Shown: positions 15,265 through 15,609 of the stretch, one piece after another
Numbering within the stretch: the first letter of the stretch is position 1
Layout: each line of letters opens with the position of its first letter
Source of the DNA: Gemmatimonadales bacterium
GTDB lineage: Bacteria; Gemmatimonadota; Gemmatimonadetes; Gemmatimonadales; GWC2-71-9
Direction: 5' to 3'
Length of the DNA: 15,609 nucleotides
NCBI GenBank assembly: GCA_037189525.1
Contig: JBBCJC010000008.1
Location: 1-15,609 of the forward strand
Translations under genes and position numbers: made by a program
The notes under the pieces: generated by a model
What the model was told of the DNA's origin: nothing
Database searches by the model: none
The model's input: the letters and a program-made list of their open reading frames with translations, nothing else

Positions 15265-15609
15265 ATGGCGCAGAAGCTTTCAGATGCGATCGTGAAGGAC
15301 CTTCCGATCCCGCCCAAGGGCAACAAGATCACATACGATAGCGACGTGAAGGGCTTCGGGGTCCGCGTGACCGCCGCCGGGGCGCGCGCTTTCATCCTCA
15401 ACTATCGCACGCGCACCAGCCGCGAGCGCCGCTATACCATCGGAGCCTATCCCGATTGGAAGACCGCCGCCGCCCGCGAGGAAGCGAAGGAGTTGAAGAA
15501 GCGGATCGACGTAGGCGAAGACCCTATGGCCGAGGTTGAGGCCGACAGGGATGCGAAGACCGTCGCGGACCTGTGCCAGCGTTTCGAAGAAGAACACCTC
15601 GCCAAAAAA
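15265..15609 (+). CDS. int: Tyrosine integrase, N-terminal arm-binding part (continues across the junction into 1-1044; full protein 415 aa)
   Basis: ATG at 15265 gives MAQKLSDAIVKDLPIPPKGNKITYDSDVKGFGVRVTAAGARAFILNYRTRTSRERRYTIGAYPDWKTAAAREEAKELKKRID, a DUF4102/Arm-DNA-binding pattern. It is in frame with the ORF at 25..1044. Confidence 0.93.
   Translation, partial: MAQKLSDAIVKDLPIPPKGNKITYDSDVKGFGVRVTAAGARAFILNYRTRTSRERRYTIGAYPDWKTAAAREEAKELKKRIDVGEDPMAEVEADRDAKTVADLCQRFEEEHLAKK
15469..15609 (+). repeat. Terminal overlap, copy 2
   Basis: Identical to 1-141. The 141-nt length equals a common assembler maximum k-mer. Confidence 0.97.

Larger units (their letters stand above)
1..15468 (+). 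mobile_element. Complete circular integrative phage satellite (PICI-like), excised or packaged form
   Basis: Exact terminal overlap closes the circle. attP with a tRNA 3' half lies beside int. int-alpA-primase/helicase-ori core is followed by packaging genes. No recognisable capsid, portal or tail gene. Confidence 0.85.

Noticed and set aside
1..15468. Complete autonomous phage, or plasmid/ICE
   Set aside because: No recognisable capsid, portal, tail or lysis genes, and no relaxase, T4SS or partition genes.
15081..15597. Minus-strand ORFs over attP and int
   Set aside because: They overlap the integrase N-terminus on the + strand and non-coding att sites.

Overview
The window is one complete circular element of 15,468 bp: bases 1-141 repeat exactly at 15469-15609, and the integrase ORF runs in frame across that junction. 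It reads as an excised, integrative phage satellite, probably from an alphaproteobacterium (inferred from the tRNA-Lys att sequence and gene families). The attP contains the 3' half of tRNA-Lys(UUU), flanked by arm-type repeats and two IHF consensus sites. Nearly all genes are on the + strand, in this order: P4-type tyrosine integrase; AlpA/Xis-like HTH protein and small coupled ORFs; putative primase-like protein, AAA_25/RepA-type helicase and iteron origin; TerS-like protein, podovirus-type scaffolding protein and TerL; a protein with an orphan recombinase core-binding domain; three podovirus-like DNA-ejection proteins, one with a tail-lysozyme domain; a DUF1028 Ntn-hydrolase; small membrane peptides; and a C4-type antisense RNA switch ahead of an acidic protein. 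I recognise no major capsid, portal, tail or lysis gene. The element therefore appears to be a podovirus satellite that supplies its own packaging motor, scaffold and ejectosome but borrows the shell and tail. All protein assignments come from motif recognition by eye; no database search was run.
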